Numbered from the stretch's first letter, positions 28,687-38,999 are shown. The stretch: 64,000 nucleotides of DNA from Oscillospiraceae bacterium (GCA_015065005.1 SVRE01000005.1:899-64898), one strand, 5' to 3'. Translations and numbers: made by a program. Notes: generated by a model not told the origin, from the letters alone.

Positions 28687-29511
28687 ATGGGAGTAGTAGT
28701 AGGAATAGATATAGGCGGCAGCACCACAAAGATAGTGGGCTTTGACCAAAATAAAAATTTAATCCACCCAATGTTTGTGACAGCCGATGACCCGATTACA
28801 TCAATTTACGGCGCCTTTGGTAAGTTTACCGACACAAATAATTTAGGTCTTTCAGATATAGAAAAGGTAATGATAACAGGCGTAGGCGCATCTTACGTAA
28901 ACAAGCCTATTTACAATCTTGAATGTGTTCACACTCCTGAGTTTAAAAGCATAGGCTTGGGAGGGCTTTATTTGTCAAAGTTTAAGGAAGCTATTATTGT
29001 AAGCTTGGGCACAGGTACAGCTCTTGTTCACGCGCAAGAGGGTAAAGCTCCCGAATATTTGGGCGGTACAGGTGTTGGTGGCGGTACACTTGTTGGACTT
29101 TCCAAGAAAATCTTGGGCGTTAACAAGGTGGAAACTATTGATGAGCTTGCCCGTTTAGGCGATATAAACAATATTGACTTGAAAATCAGAGACATTTCTA
29201 AGAAGGATATAGGACTAAGCAGCCAGATGACAGCGGCTAACTTTGCCAATATAAGTGAAACAGCAACCCAAAATGACTTTGCAATGGGTCTTATCAATAT
29301 GGTGTTTGAAACTGTTGGTATGATAGCGTACTTTGCTTCAAAGCCATACGGACTAAAGGACATTGTGTTAACAGGCAATTTAACCCAAATGTCACAGGCA
29401 TCCGAAATATTTGATGCGCTTAACAAAATGTTCAATATGAACTTTGTTATTCCCGAAAATGCGCAGTTCAGCACAGTTATCGGTGCGGCGCTTTCATCCT
29501 TTGAAAAATGA
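28687..29511 (+). CDS. Type II pantothenate kinase-like (ASKHA fold)
   Basis: GIDIGGSTTK, TGVGA, EFKSIGLGG, VSLGTGT, LGGTGVGGGTL, DLKIRDI and TAANF. Confidence 0.8.
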   Translation: MGVVVGIDIGGSTTKIVGFDQNKNLIHPMFVTADDPITSIYGAFGKFTDTNNLGLSDIEKVMITGVGASYVNKPIYNLECVHTPEFKSIGLGGLYLSKFKEAIIVSLGTGTALVHAQEGKAPEYLGGTGVGGGTLVGLSKKILGVNKVETIDELARLGDINNIDLKIRDISKKDIGLSSQMTAANFANISETATQNDFAMGLINMVFETVGMIAYFASKPYGLKDIVLTGNLTQMSQASEIFDALNKMFNMNFVIPENAQFSTVIGAALSSFEK

Positions 29512-30509
29512 TAAAGAGAATAGAAGAAATAAACAAGCGTAAGGAAATGAATTTTCATGTTTTTACGCTTGTTGCATCTTATTTGAATAATTGTCCCGAC
29601 TTGGTTACAAGGGAAACAATAGTGGAAATAACCAATGGCGTAAAAGCAAATGAGGAAAGAGCATTTGTTTCCTTCCTTGCCAATGTTTTTTCCGAAAACG
29701 AGGACGAAATCAAATTGATAGAAAAAGAGTACCTATCAAGGGGAATTAAGCAATTATCCCCCGAGGAGTATCTGAAAAACCCATTTTTGGTAAACATTAA
29801 AATACCCGAAATCAAAGAGGGAAATTGGAATTTAGGCTATCAAACGTACAAACCGTATGAGGGGTTTATATACCGTGATATTGAGACCTTGCCAAACTAT
29901 ACGGAAATTCCGCAAATAGGCTATTTCAACACGGAATTTTCCTATCCAACCGTGTTTGAAAACGGGATAGAATGGATGGCAATAAAGCCAAATGAAATTG
30001 AAACAATGAAGGCACCCATTGAAAAAGCGCGGGGACGTGTCTTAGTTTACGGTCTTGGCATAGGTTATTTTGCCTATATGGTCAGCCTAAAGCAAGAGGT
30101 TGAAAGCGTAACAATCGTTGAACGCGACCAAAATGTGATTAATTTGTTTAAACAGCATATTTTGCCCCAATTTCCAAACAAAAGCAAAATCAACATCGTA
30201 AAAAGCGATGCCTTTGATTATGCAAAAAGCGAAATGAAAGCAGGTAACTTCAATTACGTCTTTACCGACCTTTGGCACGACGTGTCCGATGGCGTTGATT
30301 TGTACGTAAAAATGAAAAAATACGAGGGGACGTGTCCAAATTCTCAATTTGAGTATTGGATTGAAAAATCCCTTCTTTCAAGCATCCGCTGGAGCATTTT
30401 CGGTGGAATATACACACGTGTCAAGGCAAAATCCTTCAACGGCACCATCGAAGAGATAGAGAAGTACCTAACCGATGATTATCTTAAATCTTTCGTAAAA
30501 TTTATATAG
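29508..30509 (+). CDS. Class I SAM-dependent methyltransferase/spermidine-synthase-like protein
   Basis: RVLVYGLGIGY, VTIVERD, SDAFDY and YVFTDLW; ATGA overlap with the upstream kinase gene. Confidence 0.65.
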   Translation: MIKRIEEINKRKEMNFHVFTLVASYLNNCPDLVTRETIVEITNGVKANEERAFVSFLANVFSENEDEIKLIEKEYLSRGIKQLSPEEYLKNPFLVNIKIPEIKEGNWNLGYQTYKPYEGFIYRDIETLPNYTEIPQIGYFNTEFSYPTVFENGIEWMAIKPNEIETMKAPIEKARGRVLVYGLGIGYFAYMVSLKQEVESVTIVERDQNVINLFKQHILPQFPNKSKINIVKSDAFDYAKSEMKAGNFNYVFTDLWHDVSDGVDLYVKMKKYEGTCPNSQFEYWIEKSLLSSIRWSIFGGIYTRVKAKSFNGTIEEIEKYLTDDYLKSFVKFI

Positions 30510-30561
30510 TTAAGTGTTACAACAATAAGCTGAAATAGCTTTTCTAACCAAAAATTAATTC

Positions 30562-30585
30562 GTAGGGCGGGGGCTTGCTCCCGCC
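30562..30585 (+). repeat. GTAG-type REP-like palindrome
   Basis: GTAG followed by the GC-rich hairpin GGCGGGGGC-TT-GCTCCCGCC; single copy in the window. Confidence 0.45.
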
Positions 30586-30690
30586 GCTTTTGATAAATTG
30601 AAAACGCCCTCAAACGAGGGCTTTTTATGAATGGGCGAGAAAAAAGATATTTTCGCCTTTTTTTTGTTTGGGTTTGAACTGATGCGTTTT

Positions 30691-30879
30691 AATCACGGCA
30701 AAGCCGAGTATGAAATCAATGCAAAGCATTGTATGGAATCCGTCACAAGACGGTATGGAATCAACACAGGGTGTTGGATGGAATCAAGCCGCAGAAGGAA
30801 ACATCTACGGTGATGCCATGCGCCTTCGGCAATTCCATACACGCAAAGCGTGATGCCATGCCAAGCCTGCGGCTTGGAT
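30691..30879. repeat. Array of (G)TATGGAATC-like repeats separated by short hairpins, followed by inverted copies
   Basis: Repeats at about 30708, 30731, 30753 and 30776. Reverse-complement-like copies GATGCCATGC / AATTCCATAC / GATGCCATGC at about 30812, 30831 and 30852. Confidence 0.75.
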
Positions 30880-30911
30880 AAAAAACGACAGGCCGAAACC
30901 TGTCGTTTTTT
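30880..30911. terminator. Terminator downstream of tRNA-Arg
   Basis: AAAAAACGACAGG-ccgaaa-CCTGTCGTTTTTT. Confidence 0.8.
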
Positions 30912-30987
30912 GGCCTACCCGATAGGATTTGAACCTACGACCTACAGAGTCGGAGTCTGTCGCTCTATCCAGCTGGGCTACGGGTAG
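30911..30987 (-). tRNA. tRNA-Arg (CCG)
   Basis: Acceptor CTACCCG/CGGGTAG, D-loop AGCTGGATA, anticodon arm ACAGA-CTCCGAC-TCTGT, GGTTCAAATCC and encoded CCA. Confidence 0.96.
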
Positions 30988-31132
30988 TTGTGTTTTAAAG
31001 TATAGCACAAACTTAGCAAAAAGTAAACAATTATTTTCAAAATGGTGTTGCACTTATAAAATGCGTGTGCTATAATATAATTAATTTAAGTAAAGGGCGA
31101 ATTATGCCCAAAATTAGAAGGAGATGCAAATT

Positions 31133-32806
31133 ATGTTATCTGACATCGAAATTGCACAGTGTGCAAAGCTAAAGAGAATTAATGAAATTGCTGATCAAAT
31201 CGGTCTTTTGCCTGAGGAATATGAGCCTTACGGTCACTACAAGGCAAAGATTACAGACGCATTCTTGAACAGAATGGCGGACAAGCCAAACGGTAAGCTT
31301 GTTCTTGTAACAGCCATCAACCCAACCCCGGCAGGTGAGGGTAAAACAACAACCTCTGTTGGACTTGGTATGGCTATGAATAAAATAGGTAAGAAAACCA
31401 TTATCGCTCTTCGTGAGCCTTCCTTGGGTCCTGTATTCGGTGTTAAGGGTGGCGCTGCAGGTGGCGGTTATTCTCAGGTTTTGCCAATGGAGGACATTAA
31501 CCTTCATTTTACAGGTGACTTCCATGCAATTACAACCGCAAACAATCTTTTAAGCGCAGTTATTGACAACCATATTCAGCAGGGTAACGTGCTCGGTATC
31601 GACCAAAGACGTATCCTCTTCCCACGCGTTCTTGATATGAATGACAGGGCTCTTCGTAATGTAGTAGTTGGCTTGGGTACAAAGGTTGACGGTGTTCCAA
31701 GAGAGGACCACTTTATGATTACCGTTGCCAGTGAAATTATGGCTATCCTTTGCTTGAGCGAATCTATTGATGACTTAAAGGCACGTCTTGGCAAAATTCT
31801 TGTGGCTTACAAATATGACGGCTCCCCTGTTTACTGTCGTGACCTTGGTGTTAATGGCGCTATGGCAGCAGTGCTTAAGGATGCCTTGAAGCCAAACCTT
31901 GTACAAACAATAGAGAACACACCGGCACTTATCCACGGCGGCCCATTTGCAAATATCGCACACGGCTGCAACTCGGTTCGCGCTACAAAGCTTGCATTAA
32001 AGCTTGCTGATTATACAATTACTGAGGCTGGCTTCGGTGCTGACCTTGGCGCTGAAAAGTTCTTCGATATCAAGTGCCGCTTTGCAGGCTTGAAGCCGGA
32101 GTGCGTTGTTCTTGTTGCAACCGTTCGTGCGCTTAAGTATAACGGCGGTGTTCCCAAGGCAGAGCTTGTTAACGAAAATCTTGAAGCACTCAAAAAGGGT
32201 GCGGTTAACCTTGAGGCTCACATTGATAACCTTCAAAAATACGGTGTACCTGTTGTTGTTGCAATCAACCGCTTCGGCACAGATACAGAGGCTGAGCTTA
32301 AGGCAGTTGAGGAAATGTGTATTGCCAAGGGTGCTGATTTTGCATTGTCAGACGTATTTGCCAAGGGCGGTGACGGTGGTATAGACCTTGCAAACAAGGT
32401 TGTTGCCGCTTGTGAAAAGGAAAGCAATTTCCATGTGCTTTATCCCGATGAAATGTCAATCAAAGATAAGATTATCACAATAGCTAAGGAGATTTACGGT
32501 GCTGCTGACGTTAAGTTTGATGCGGCTGCCTCTAAGGCAATTGCTGAATTTGAGGCACTTGATCCTGAATACTCTAAGTTCCCTGTTTGTATGGCAAAGA
32601 CACAGTATTCCTTGTCTGATGACCAAACAAAGCTTGGCAGACCTACAGGCTTCACCCTTACCGTTCGTGAGGTTAAGCTCTCTGCGGGCGCTGGCTTTAT
32701 CGTAGCTCTTACAGGCTCTATTATGACAATGCCGGGCTTGCCAAAGGCTCCTGCCGCACTTAAAATTGACGTTGATAATGACGGAAAGATAACAGGACTG
32801 TTCTGA
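31133..32806 (+). CDS. fhs: Formate--tetrahydrofolate ligase
   Basis: [48 protein letters not shown] and MTMPGLPK. Confidence 0.97.
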   Translation: MLSDIEIAQCAKLKRINEIADQIGLLPEEYEPYGHYKAKITDAFLNRMADKPNGKLVLVTAINPTPAGEGKTTTSVGLGMAMNKIGKKTIIALREPSLGPVFGVKGGAAGGGYSQVLPMEDINLHFTGDFHAITTANNLLSAVIDNHIQQGNVLGIDQRRILFPRVLDMNDRALRNVVVGLGTKVDGVPREDHFMITVASEIMAILCLSESIDDLKARLGKILVAYKYDGSPVYCRDLGVNGAMAAVLKDALKPNLVQTIENTPALIHGGPFANIAHGCNSVRATKLALKLADYTITEAGFGADLGAEKFFDIKCRFAGLKPECVVLVATVRALKYNGGVPKAELVNENLEALKKGAVNLEAHIDNLQKYGVPVVVAINRFGTDTEAELKAVEEMCIAKGADFALSDVFAKGGDGGIDLANKVVAACEKESNFHVLYPDEMSIKDKIITIAKEIYGAADVKFDAAASKAIAEFEALDPEYSKFPVCMAKTQYSLSDDQTKLGRPTGFTLTVREVKLSAGAGFIVALTGSIMTMPGLPKAPAALKIDVDNDGKITGLF

Positions 32807-32807
32807 T

Positions 32808-33242
32808 ATGATTAAGGAATTTCATACACAAAGTGTGGAAGAAACCGAAATGATAGGGCGTGAGCTTGCAGGCTCTCTTGATAAAGAAAAGCCTTGCTTT
32901 ATTGCAATGTACGGAGACTTAGGTGTGGGTAAAACCGCCTTTGTCCGCGGTCTTGCCTCGGTGCTGGCTCCCACCGCCCGTGTTAAAAGCCCTACATATA
33001 CGGTTGTGAATAAATATGAGGGAGATAGCATACCTCTTTATCACTTGGACGTTTATCGCATCAATGATGAGGATGAGCTTTATTCCATCGGCTTTGATGA
33101 CTATGTAAATACAGGCATTTGCGTAGTTGAATGGAGCGAAAATATTCCAGAATCTATTCCAAAAGATGCCATTAAGGTGTCAATTGAAAAAGAAGGGGAG
33201 AATTTTGAAAAAAGAAAGATTACAGTAGAGGTGAAGGGATGA
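32808..33242 (+). CDS. tsaE: t6A biosynthesis ATPase
   Basis: GDLGVGKTAF, VKSPTYT, HLDVYR and VEWSE. Confidence 0.93.
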   Translation: MIKEFHTQSVEETEMIGRELAGSLDKEKPCFIAMYGDLGVGKTAFVRGLASVLAPTARVKSPTYTVVNKYEGDSIPLYHLDVYRINDEDELYSIGFDDYVNTGICVVEWSENIPESIPKDAIKVSIEKEGENFEKRKITVEVKG

Positions 33243-33925
33243 AAATTTTAGCAATAGATTCAACCGCCAACACCTCAACCGTTGCGGTGCTTGAAAATGA
33301 CAAGCTTTTGTCCGTTTACACCGCAAACATAAAAAACACTCATAGTGAAACGCTTTTACCTATGGTAAAATCCGTGCTTGAAACCTTGAAGCTAAGCATT
33401 GATGATATAGATGCTTTTGCCGCATCTCAAGGCCCGGGGTCCTTTACAGGAGTTCGTATCGGCATAGCAACAATAAAAGGCCTTGCCTTTGGTAAGGACA
33501 AAAGGTGCGTAGGTGTGTCTACAATTGAAGCTCTTGCCCAAAATTTAGAGGGCTTTTGCGGTATCGTGTGCCCCATAATGAATGCAAGGCGCGGTCAGGT
33601 TTACACAGGCGCGTTCTTGAATGGCAAACGCATTTTGGATGACCAATGTATGCTCCTTTGTGACCTTATTCCAATGCTTGAAGCATATGATGAGCCTATA
33701 TATTTTGTAGGTGACGGGTATTCCTTGATTGAAGGGATGGAAAACGGCAAATTCAAACACGTCCCCGAGGCTTTAAGGTATCAAAGCGCATATTCTGTCG
33801 GCAAAATAGCCTATGAAAAATTGCAAAAGGGTGAATATACAACGGACAACGATTTGCGTGTGGAATATCTGAGGAAGCCACAGGCGGAAAGAGAAAGAGA
33901 AGAAAGGCTGAAGAACAATGAATAA
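33239..33925 (+). CDS. tsaB: t6A biosynthesis protein
   Basis: ILAIDST, HSETLLP, GPGSFTGVRIG, ARRGQVY and YLRKPQAERE. Confidence 0.93.
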   Translation: MKILAIDSTANTSTVAVLENDKLLSVYTANIKNTHSETLLPMVKSVLETLKLSIDDIDAFAASQGPGSFTGVRIGIATIKGLAFGKDKRCVGVSTIEALAQNLEGFCGIVCPIMNARRGQVYTGAFLNGKRILDDQCMLLCDLIPMLEAYDEPIYFVGDGYSLIEGMENGKFKHVPEALRYQSAYSVGKIAYEKLQKGEYTTDNDLRVEYLRKPQAEREREERLKNNE

Positions 33926-34379
33926 ACCGATTTTAGTAGCCTGCGACCACGCAGCGCTTGAAATGAAAAAAGAGGTAATTAAGCATCTTGAGGACCAGGG
34001 ATACACCTGTGTTGACTTTGGTACACACACAAGCGCAAGCTGTAATTACCCGGATTATGCAGAAAAGGTTTGTAGAGCCATCAATGACGGCGAGGGGGAC
34101 ATGGGCATTTTGATTTGCGGCACAGGTATCGGTATGTCTATGGCGGCAAATAAATGCCGTGGCATCCGTGCAGCACTTTGCAGCGACACATTTTCTGCAA
34201 GATTTACAAGGCTTCACAACAATGCAAATGTGCTTTGTATGGGCGCACGCACAATAGGCGCGGGATTAGCCTGCGATATTGCAGACGTTTTTGTTAAAAC
34301 GGGCTTTGAAGGGGGCAGGCACCAGACAAGAATAGATATGGTGATGGCTCTTGAAGAAAAGCGTTTGAATAATAACTAA
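33918..34379 (+). CDS. rpiB: Ribose-5-phosphate isomerase B
   Basis: CDHAA, YPDYA, CGTGIGMSMAANK, HNNANVLCMG and FEGGRH..R. Confidence 0.95.
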   Translation: MNKPILVACDHAALEMKKEVIKHLEDQGYTCVDFGTHTSASCNYPDYAEKVCRAINDGEGDMGILICGTGIGMSMAANKCRGIRAALCSDTFSARFTRLHNNANVLCMGARTIGAGLACDIADVFVKTGFEGGRHQTRIDMVMALEEKRLNNN

Positions 34380-34400
34380 TATTTTACGAGGTGATAAATT

Positions 34401-35861
34401 ATGAAAAAGGTTTATTTTATAACAGGTAGCCAGGATTTGTATGGCGAGGAGTGCTTGCTTGACGTAGCAAAGGATTCAAAGACTATTGCAAAGTATCTTG
34501 ACAAAAAAATCGAGGGCGTAAAAATTGAATATCTCGGTATTGTAAGAGATGAGGCAAGCTGTGTTGAAATGTGCAAAAAAGCAACAAATGACGTTGACTG
34601 TATTGCTGTTATTACTTGGATGCACACCTTCAGTCCTGCAAAAATGTGGATCAAGGGCCTTCAGTTCTTGAAAAAGCCCCTTTTGCACTTCCACACTCAG
34701 GCAAATGAAAAGCTACCGTATGATGAAATTGATATGGACTTTATGAACCTTAACCAAACAGCGCACGGCGGACGTGAATACGGCTTTATGTGCACACGTC
34801 TTGGCGTTAAGCGTGAGGTTGTTGTTGGCTACTATAAGCACGAGGATGTAATTGAAAAAATCAGAAAGTTCCTTGATGTTGCGAGAGCAGTTGACTTTTC
34901 AAAGAACCTTAACGTTGCTATGTTCGGTAGCAATATGAGAGAGGTTTCTGTAACAGACGGTGACAGGGTTGAAAGCCAGATCAAGTACGGCTGGAACGTA
35001 AATTATTACGGCATTGGTGACCTTGTTGCGCTTGTAAACCAAGTAACCGATGAGGAGCTCAATGCTAAAATGGCAGAGTACAATGAGCTTTACATAATGA
35101 ACACAGATAACCTTGATGCAGTAAAAGAGCAGGCAAAATACGAAATCGCTCTTGATAAGTTCTTGACACAGGGTAATTTCGGTGCATATACAGACACCTT
35201 CCAGGATCTTCACGGTATGAAGCAACTCCCGGGCCTTGCTACACAGAGAATGATGGCAAAGGGTATCGGCTTCGGCGCAGAGGGTGACTATAAGACAGCA
35301 GCTCTTAATGCAATCTTCTGTGAAATGGCAAAGGGAAGAGAAGGCTCTACAGGCTTTATGGAGGACTACACCTATGACTTTACAAAGGGCGGCGAGGTTG
35401 TTCTTGGCTCTCATATGCTTGAGGTTTCTCCCGATTTTGCATCAACTCAGCCGAAAATTGAGGTGCATCACCTTGGTATCGGCGGCAAGGAGCCACCTGC
35501 AAGACTTGTGTTTGACGGTGTAGAGGGTGATGCTGTTGCTGTTTGTATGATCGATATGGGTAACCGCTTCCGTCTTATCTGCGCAAGCGTTGAGCTTGTT
35601 AAACAGCCAAAGCCAATGCCAAAGCTTCCTGTTGCAAGAATTATGTGGAAGTTAAAGCCAAACCATGCAACAGGTGCCGCTGCTTGGATTTATGCAGGCG
35701 GTGCACACCACACAGTAGTTTCAAGCGCTTTAACAGTTGATGATGTTCGCTTGTTTGCAAAGCTTACAGATACAGAGCTTGTGGTTATTGATGAAAATAC
35801 AGACCTTAATAAGCTCCAATCCGAGCTTGATATGCTTGATCTCTTGGCAAAATTAAAATAA
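34401..35861 (+). CDS. araA: L-arabinose isomerase
   Basis: TGSQDLYG, WMHTFSPAKMWI, MNLNQTAHG, GFGAEGD, FMEDYTY, HMLEV and GGAHH. Confidence 0.95.
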   Translation: MKKVYFITGSQDLYGEECLLDVAKDSKTIAKYLDKKIEGVKIEYLGIVRDEASCVEMCKKATNDVDCIAVITWMHTFSPAKMWIKGLQFLKKPLLHFHTQANEKLPYDEIDMDFMNLNQTAHGGREYGFMCTRLGVKREVVVGYYKHEDVIEKIRKFLDVARAVDFSKNLNVAMFGSNMREVSVTDGDRVESQIKYGWNVNYYGIGDLVALVNQVTDEELNAKMAEYNELYIMNTDNLDAVKEQAKYEIALDKFLTQGNFGAYTDTFQDLHGMKQLPGLATQRMMAKGIGFGAEGDYKTAALNAIFCEMAKGREGSTGFMEDYTYDFTKGGEVVLGSHMLEVSPDFASTQPKIEVHHLGIGGKEPPARLVFDGVEGDAVAVCMIDMGNRFRLICASVELVKQPKPMPKLPVARIMWKLKPNHATGAAAWIYAGGAHHTVVSSALTVDDVRLFAKLTDTELVVIDENTDLNKLQSELDMLDLLAKLK

Positions 35862-35883
35862 ACTGTTGAAGAGGTAATTTATA

Positions 35884-37488
35884 ATGAAAAAGAAATTTTT
35901 GTTAATCGTTTCTCTCGTGTTTGTAGTATGTTGCTTGTTTGCAGTTTCCGTGTCGGCTGAAGTTGTGATTTCAGATAGCAATATTGACGAAAACGGAGAT
36001 GTAGTAGCAGACTTGATTTGCAAGTGTTCCGATACAGAGGAGCAGCATATCGCTTCAATTGACATAACATACACATCTAAAGATGGGGAAACAAAACTTG
36101 GTAAATTTTATTATGTAGTTGGACTTTGGTCTCAACAGAACAAAAGACAAATAGAAGCGATTTATTTGCCAAGCGATTTTGATATGACACAGACCGTTTA
36201 CTTTTTTGATAAGATTGATATAAACGGAAACGGTGAGTATGGCTATAACGAGTTAATAAAAGGAACAAGAGGTGGCGCATTTTATATAAAGTCCTATACA
36301 GACTTTATTGATAATAACTTCGAGGGTGCTGTGGATGTAAAGAGTACGGAGGTACAGGCTATTTCGTATTCAAAATATTTAACCTATTTTGGCAATAATG
36401 CCTTTTCAAAGTGCGCAGCACTCAATAGCGTAACCTATAACGGTCGTGAACTTGAGGAGTACACTTGTATCATTTCTCCAAATGTTGAGCAAGTAATGTC
36501 AGGTGCCTTTGGTGGAGACGGTAAGAGCCTTGACTCCAACACGGTTACATCCAATTTCACAAGACTTATCTTTGAGGACAGAGCGGGCAGCGTTTCTTTT
36601 GACCAGTATTGCTTTACGCGTAATGAACTTAAAGAAATTGTTTTTGGCAGTGGCAGATACGCCCTGAATGGAAGTGATAGAATCGCTTTACAATACAAAA
36701 CCGAAAACACGAGCGAATATTGTCTTGAAAGAGTAATAGTTTCAAAGGATACTTTGATAGCGTCAGGCAGCATTTCGTGGCATGTTGGTGAATATGATGT
36801 TATCGTTTTGGGTACCGAGAGTGAATGCTCTGCGCTGTACGAAACAAATTGCAAAAACGCATTGCCCAATGCTAAAAGTGTAACATTTAACCCTTGCTAT
36901 TTCGGACACACAGAGGCGCAAGATGACGGTGACTGTACAACCGCCGTTGTTTGCCCGGCTTGCTTAACTTATATATATAAGGAAGCTTCATCACACAATA
37001 ATGAAGAGACGGTTACATACGGAAGCTACTTTGAAAAGGGCGTACACTATGTTGGATGCTGTAATGAAGGCTGTACTGTTGGTACAACTACAGAATTGGA
37101 CGCCTTAGTTACGAGCGCAGGCTACTCCTCTTCTACTTACGGTGAAACTCGTTCTGTTGTACAGGGCTTTATTATAAATAAGGAAGCAATTGAATTTTAC
37201 AGTGCATACAACAAAGCCTTTGAAATAGGCGTGGTAGCGCTTGCTAATGCTACAGGGGAAGCAGTTACTCCAAGCTTTAGTGACAAGAAAGTGGTTAGCG
37301 GTAAAATAAGTCTTGTCAACTCATATGTTGATGTTTGTGTAAAGGGCATTACTGATAAAATCGGAGAAAAAAGAGTAGTATTATGCTTGTACATTATTGA
37401 TGATAAAGGGCTTAATTTCTTAAACGAAGGCAAAACTGAAGATAGTGTCCGTGGCATTTCTTACAGTGAAATTTTAGCTTTAAATTAG
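35884..37488 (+). CDS. Secreted protein with degenerate BspA-like LRRs, a Cys/His module and a C-terminal domain
   Basis: Signal peptide ending AVSVSA; FGNNAFSKCAALNSV and LKEIVFG; PCYFGH..DDGDCTTAVVCPAC..H..CCNEGC. Confidence 0.7.
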   Translation: MKKKFLLIVSLVFVVCCLFAVSVSAEVVISDSNIDENGDVVADLICKCSDTEEQHIASIDITYTSKDGETKLGKFYYVVGLWSQQNKRQIEAIYLPSDFDMTQTVYFFDKIDINGNGEYGYNELIKGTRGGAFYIKSYTDFIDNNFEGAVDVKSTEVQAISYSKYLTYFGNNAFSKCAALNSVTYNGRELEEYTCIISPNVEQVMSGAFGGDGKSLDSNTVTSNFTRLIFEDRAGSVSFDQYCFTRNELKEIVFGSGRYALNGSDRIALQYKTENTSEYCLERVIVSKDTLIASGSISWHVGEYDVIVLGTESECSALYETNCKNALPNAKSVTFNPCYFGHTEAQDDGDCTTAVVCPACLTYIYKEASSHNNEETVTYGSYFEKGVHYVGCCNEGCTVGTTTELDALVTSAGYSSSTYGETRSVVQGFIINKEAIEFYSAYNKAFEIGVVALANATGEAVTPSFSDKKVVSGKISLVNSYVDVCVKGITDKIGEKRVVLCLYIIDDKGLNFLNEGKTEDSVRGISYSEILALN

Positions 37489-37654
37489 AAATATAATAGC
37501 AATTTAAAGGGTGGCAATGTAAATCAAAGCCACCCTGTTTCAATTTATTGGATGAATATTTATAATAACATATTCAAAAAATATTCACTGTTTGTTATGC
37601 AATATTTACTAAAAGACAGCACATATAGATATTATTTATAATAAAAGACAATAA

Positions 37655-37739
37655 AAATAAAAAATATTCAAAAAAAGACTTGACAAACGGTGAATAAAGA
37701 TATATAATACAATTCGTAAAAAATGAATAATATTTCATT
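37655..37739 (+). promoter_or_regulatory. arg operon promoter with ARG-box-like sites
   Basis: TTGACA(37680)-17-TATAAT. ArgR-like sites: GTGAATAAAGATAT in the spacer, ATGAATAATATTTCAT at 37723-37738 and AAAAAATATTCA upstream. Confidence 0.7.
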
Positions 37740-37752
37740 GGAGGAAAATAAA

Positions 37753-38979
37753 ATGGATAAGTCAAAAATTAAAAAGGTAGTTCTTGCATACTCAGGCGGT
37801 CTTGATACATCAATCATCATTCCGTGGTTAAAGGAAAATTATAACAACTGTGAGGTTATCGCCGTTAGCGGTAACGTTGGTCAGGCTGATGAGCTTGAGG
37901 GCCTTGAGGAAAAGGCTATAAAGACAGGCGCTTCCAAGTGCTATATTGAGGACCTTACAGAGGAGTTTGTTGATGACTATGTAATCCCAACCGTTAAGGC
38001 TGGTGCACTTTATGAGGAATATATGCTTGGTACATCCTTTGCACGTCCTGTTATTGCAAAGAGAATTGCTGAAATTGCAATTAAAGAGGGGGCAGATGCT
38101 ATCTGTCACGGTTGTACAGGTAAGGGTAATGACCAGGTTCGTTTCGAACTTACAATTAAGGCTTTCGCACCTGATATGCCAATTATCGCTCCTTGGAGAG
38201 AGTGGACAATCAAATCCCGTGAAGAGGAAATTGAATATGCAGAGGCACACAATGTACCTCTTAAGATAAACCGTGAGACCAACTATTCTAAGGATAAGAA
38301 CCTTTGGCACTTAAGCCACGAGGGTCTTGACCTTGAGGATGCAGGTAATGAGCCGCTTTATGAAAAGGACGGCTTCCTTGAAATGGGCGTTTCTCCACTT
38401 CAAGCACCTGACGTACCTACATATGTTGAGCTTGATTTTGTTCAGGGTATTCCTGTTGCTATCAACGGCGAAAAGATGAGCGCTAAGAATATAATTCTTA
38501 AGCTTAATGAGCTTGGTGGTGCTAACGGTATCGGCCTTCTCGACATTGTTGAAAACCGTTTGGTTGGTATGAAGTGCCGTGGCGTATATGAAACTCCCGG
38601 CGGAGCTATCTTGTACGCTGCACACAGCTATCTTGAAACAATTTGTCTTGACAAAATGACAATGCACGAAAAGCAAAAGCTCTCAATCACATTTGCTGAG
38701 CTTGTATATAACGGTCAGTGGTTCACCCCACTTCGTGAGGCTTTGTCTGCTTTCGTTGATAAGACACAGGAAAATGTAACAGGTAAGGTAAAGCTCAAGC
38801 TTTATAAGGGCAACATTATTAAGGCTGGCGTTTGGAGTGACTACTCACTCTATTCTGAGGAAATTGCTACCTTCGGTGAGGACAATGTATATAACCAGGC
38901 AGACAGCGCCGGATTTATTAACCTCTTTGGCTTGCCAATCAAGGTTCAGGCGCAGGTTAACGCAAAAAACAAGAAATAA
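37753..38979 (+). CDS. argG: Argininosuccinate synthase
   Basis: [26 protein letters not shown] and [17 protein letters not shown]. Confidence 0.97.
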   Translation: MDKSKIKKVVLAYSGGLDTSIIIPWLKENYNNCEVIAVSGNVGQADELEGLEEKAIKTGASKCYIEDLTEEFVDDYVIPTVKAGALYEEYMLGTSFARPVIAKRIAEIAIKEGADAICHGCTGKGNDQVRFELTIKAFAPDMPIIAPWREWTIKSREEEIEYAEAHNVPLKINRETNYSKDKNLWHLSHEGLDLEDAGNEPLYEKDGFLEMGVSPLQAPDVPTYVELDFVQGIPVAINGEKMSAKNIILKLNELGGANGIGLLDIVENRLVGMKCRGVYETPGGAILYAAHSYLETICLDKMTMHEKQKLSITFAELVYNGQWFTPLREALSAFVDKTQENVTGKVKLKLYKGNIIKAGVWSDYSLYSEEIATFGEDNVYNQADSAGFINLFGLPIKVQAQVNAKNKK

Positions 38980-38999
38980 TTTGTAAAAACACCTAAAAA

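Noticed and set aside
30691-30879. CRISPR array
   Set aside because: Repeats are only 9-10 nt, spacers are 13-15 nt and palindromic, orientation flips midway, and there are no cas genes. Kept as a structured repeat instead.
30631-31053. ORFs 30631-30813 (+) and 30805-31053 (-)
   Set aside because: They run through the repeat array and tRNA-Arg and show no RBS or protein-like features.
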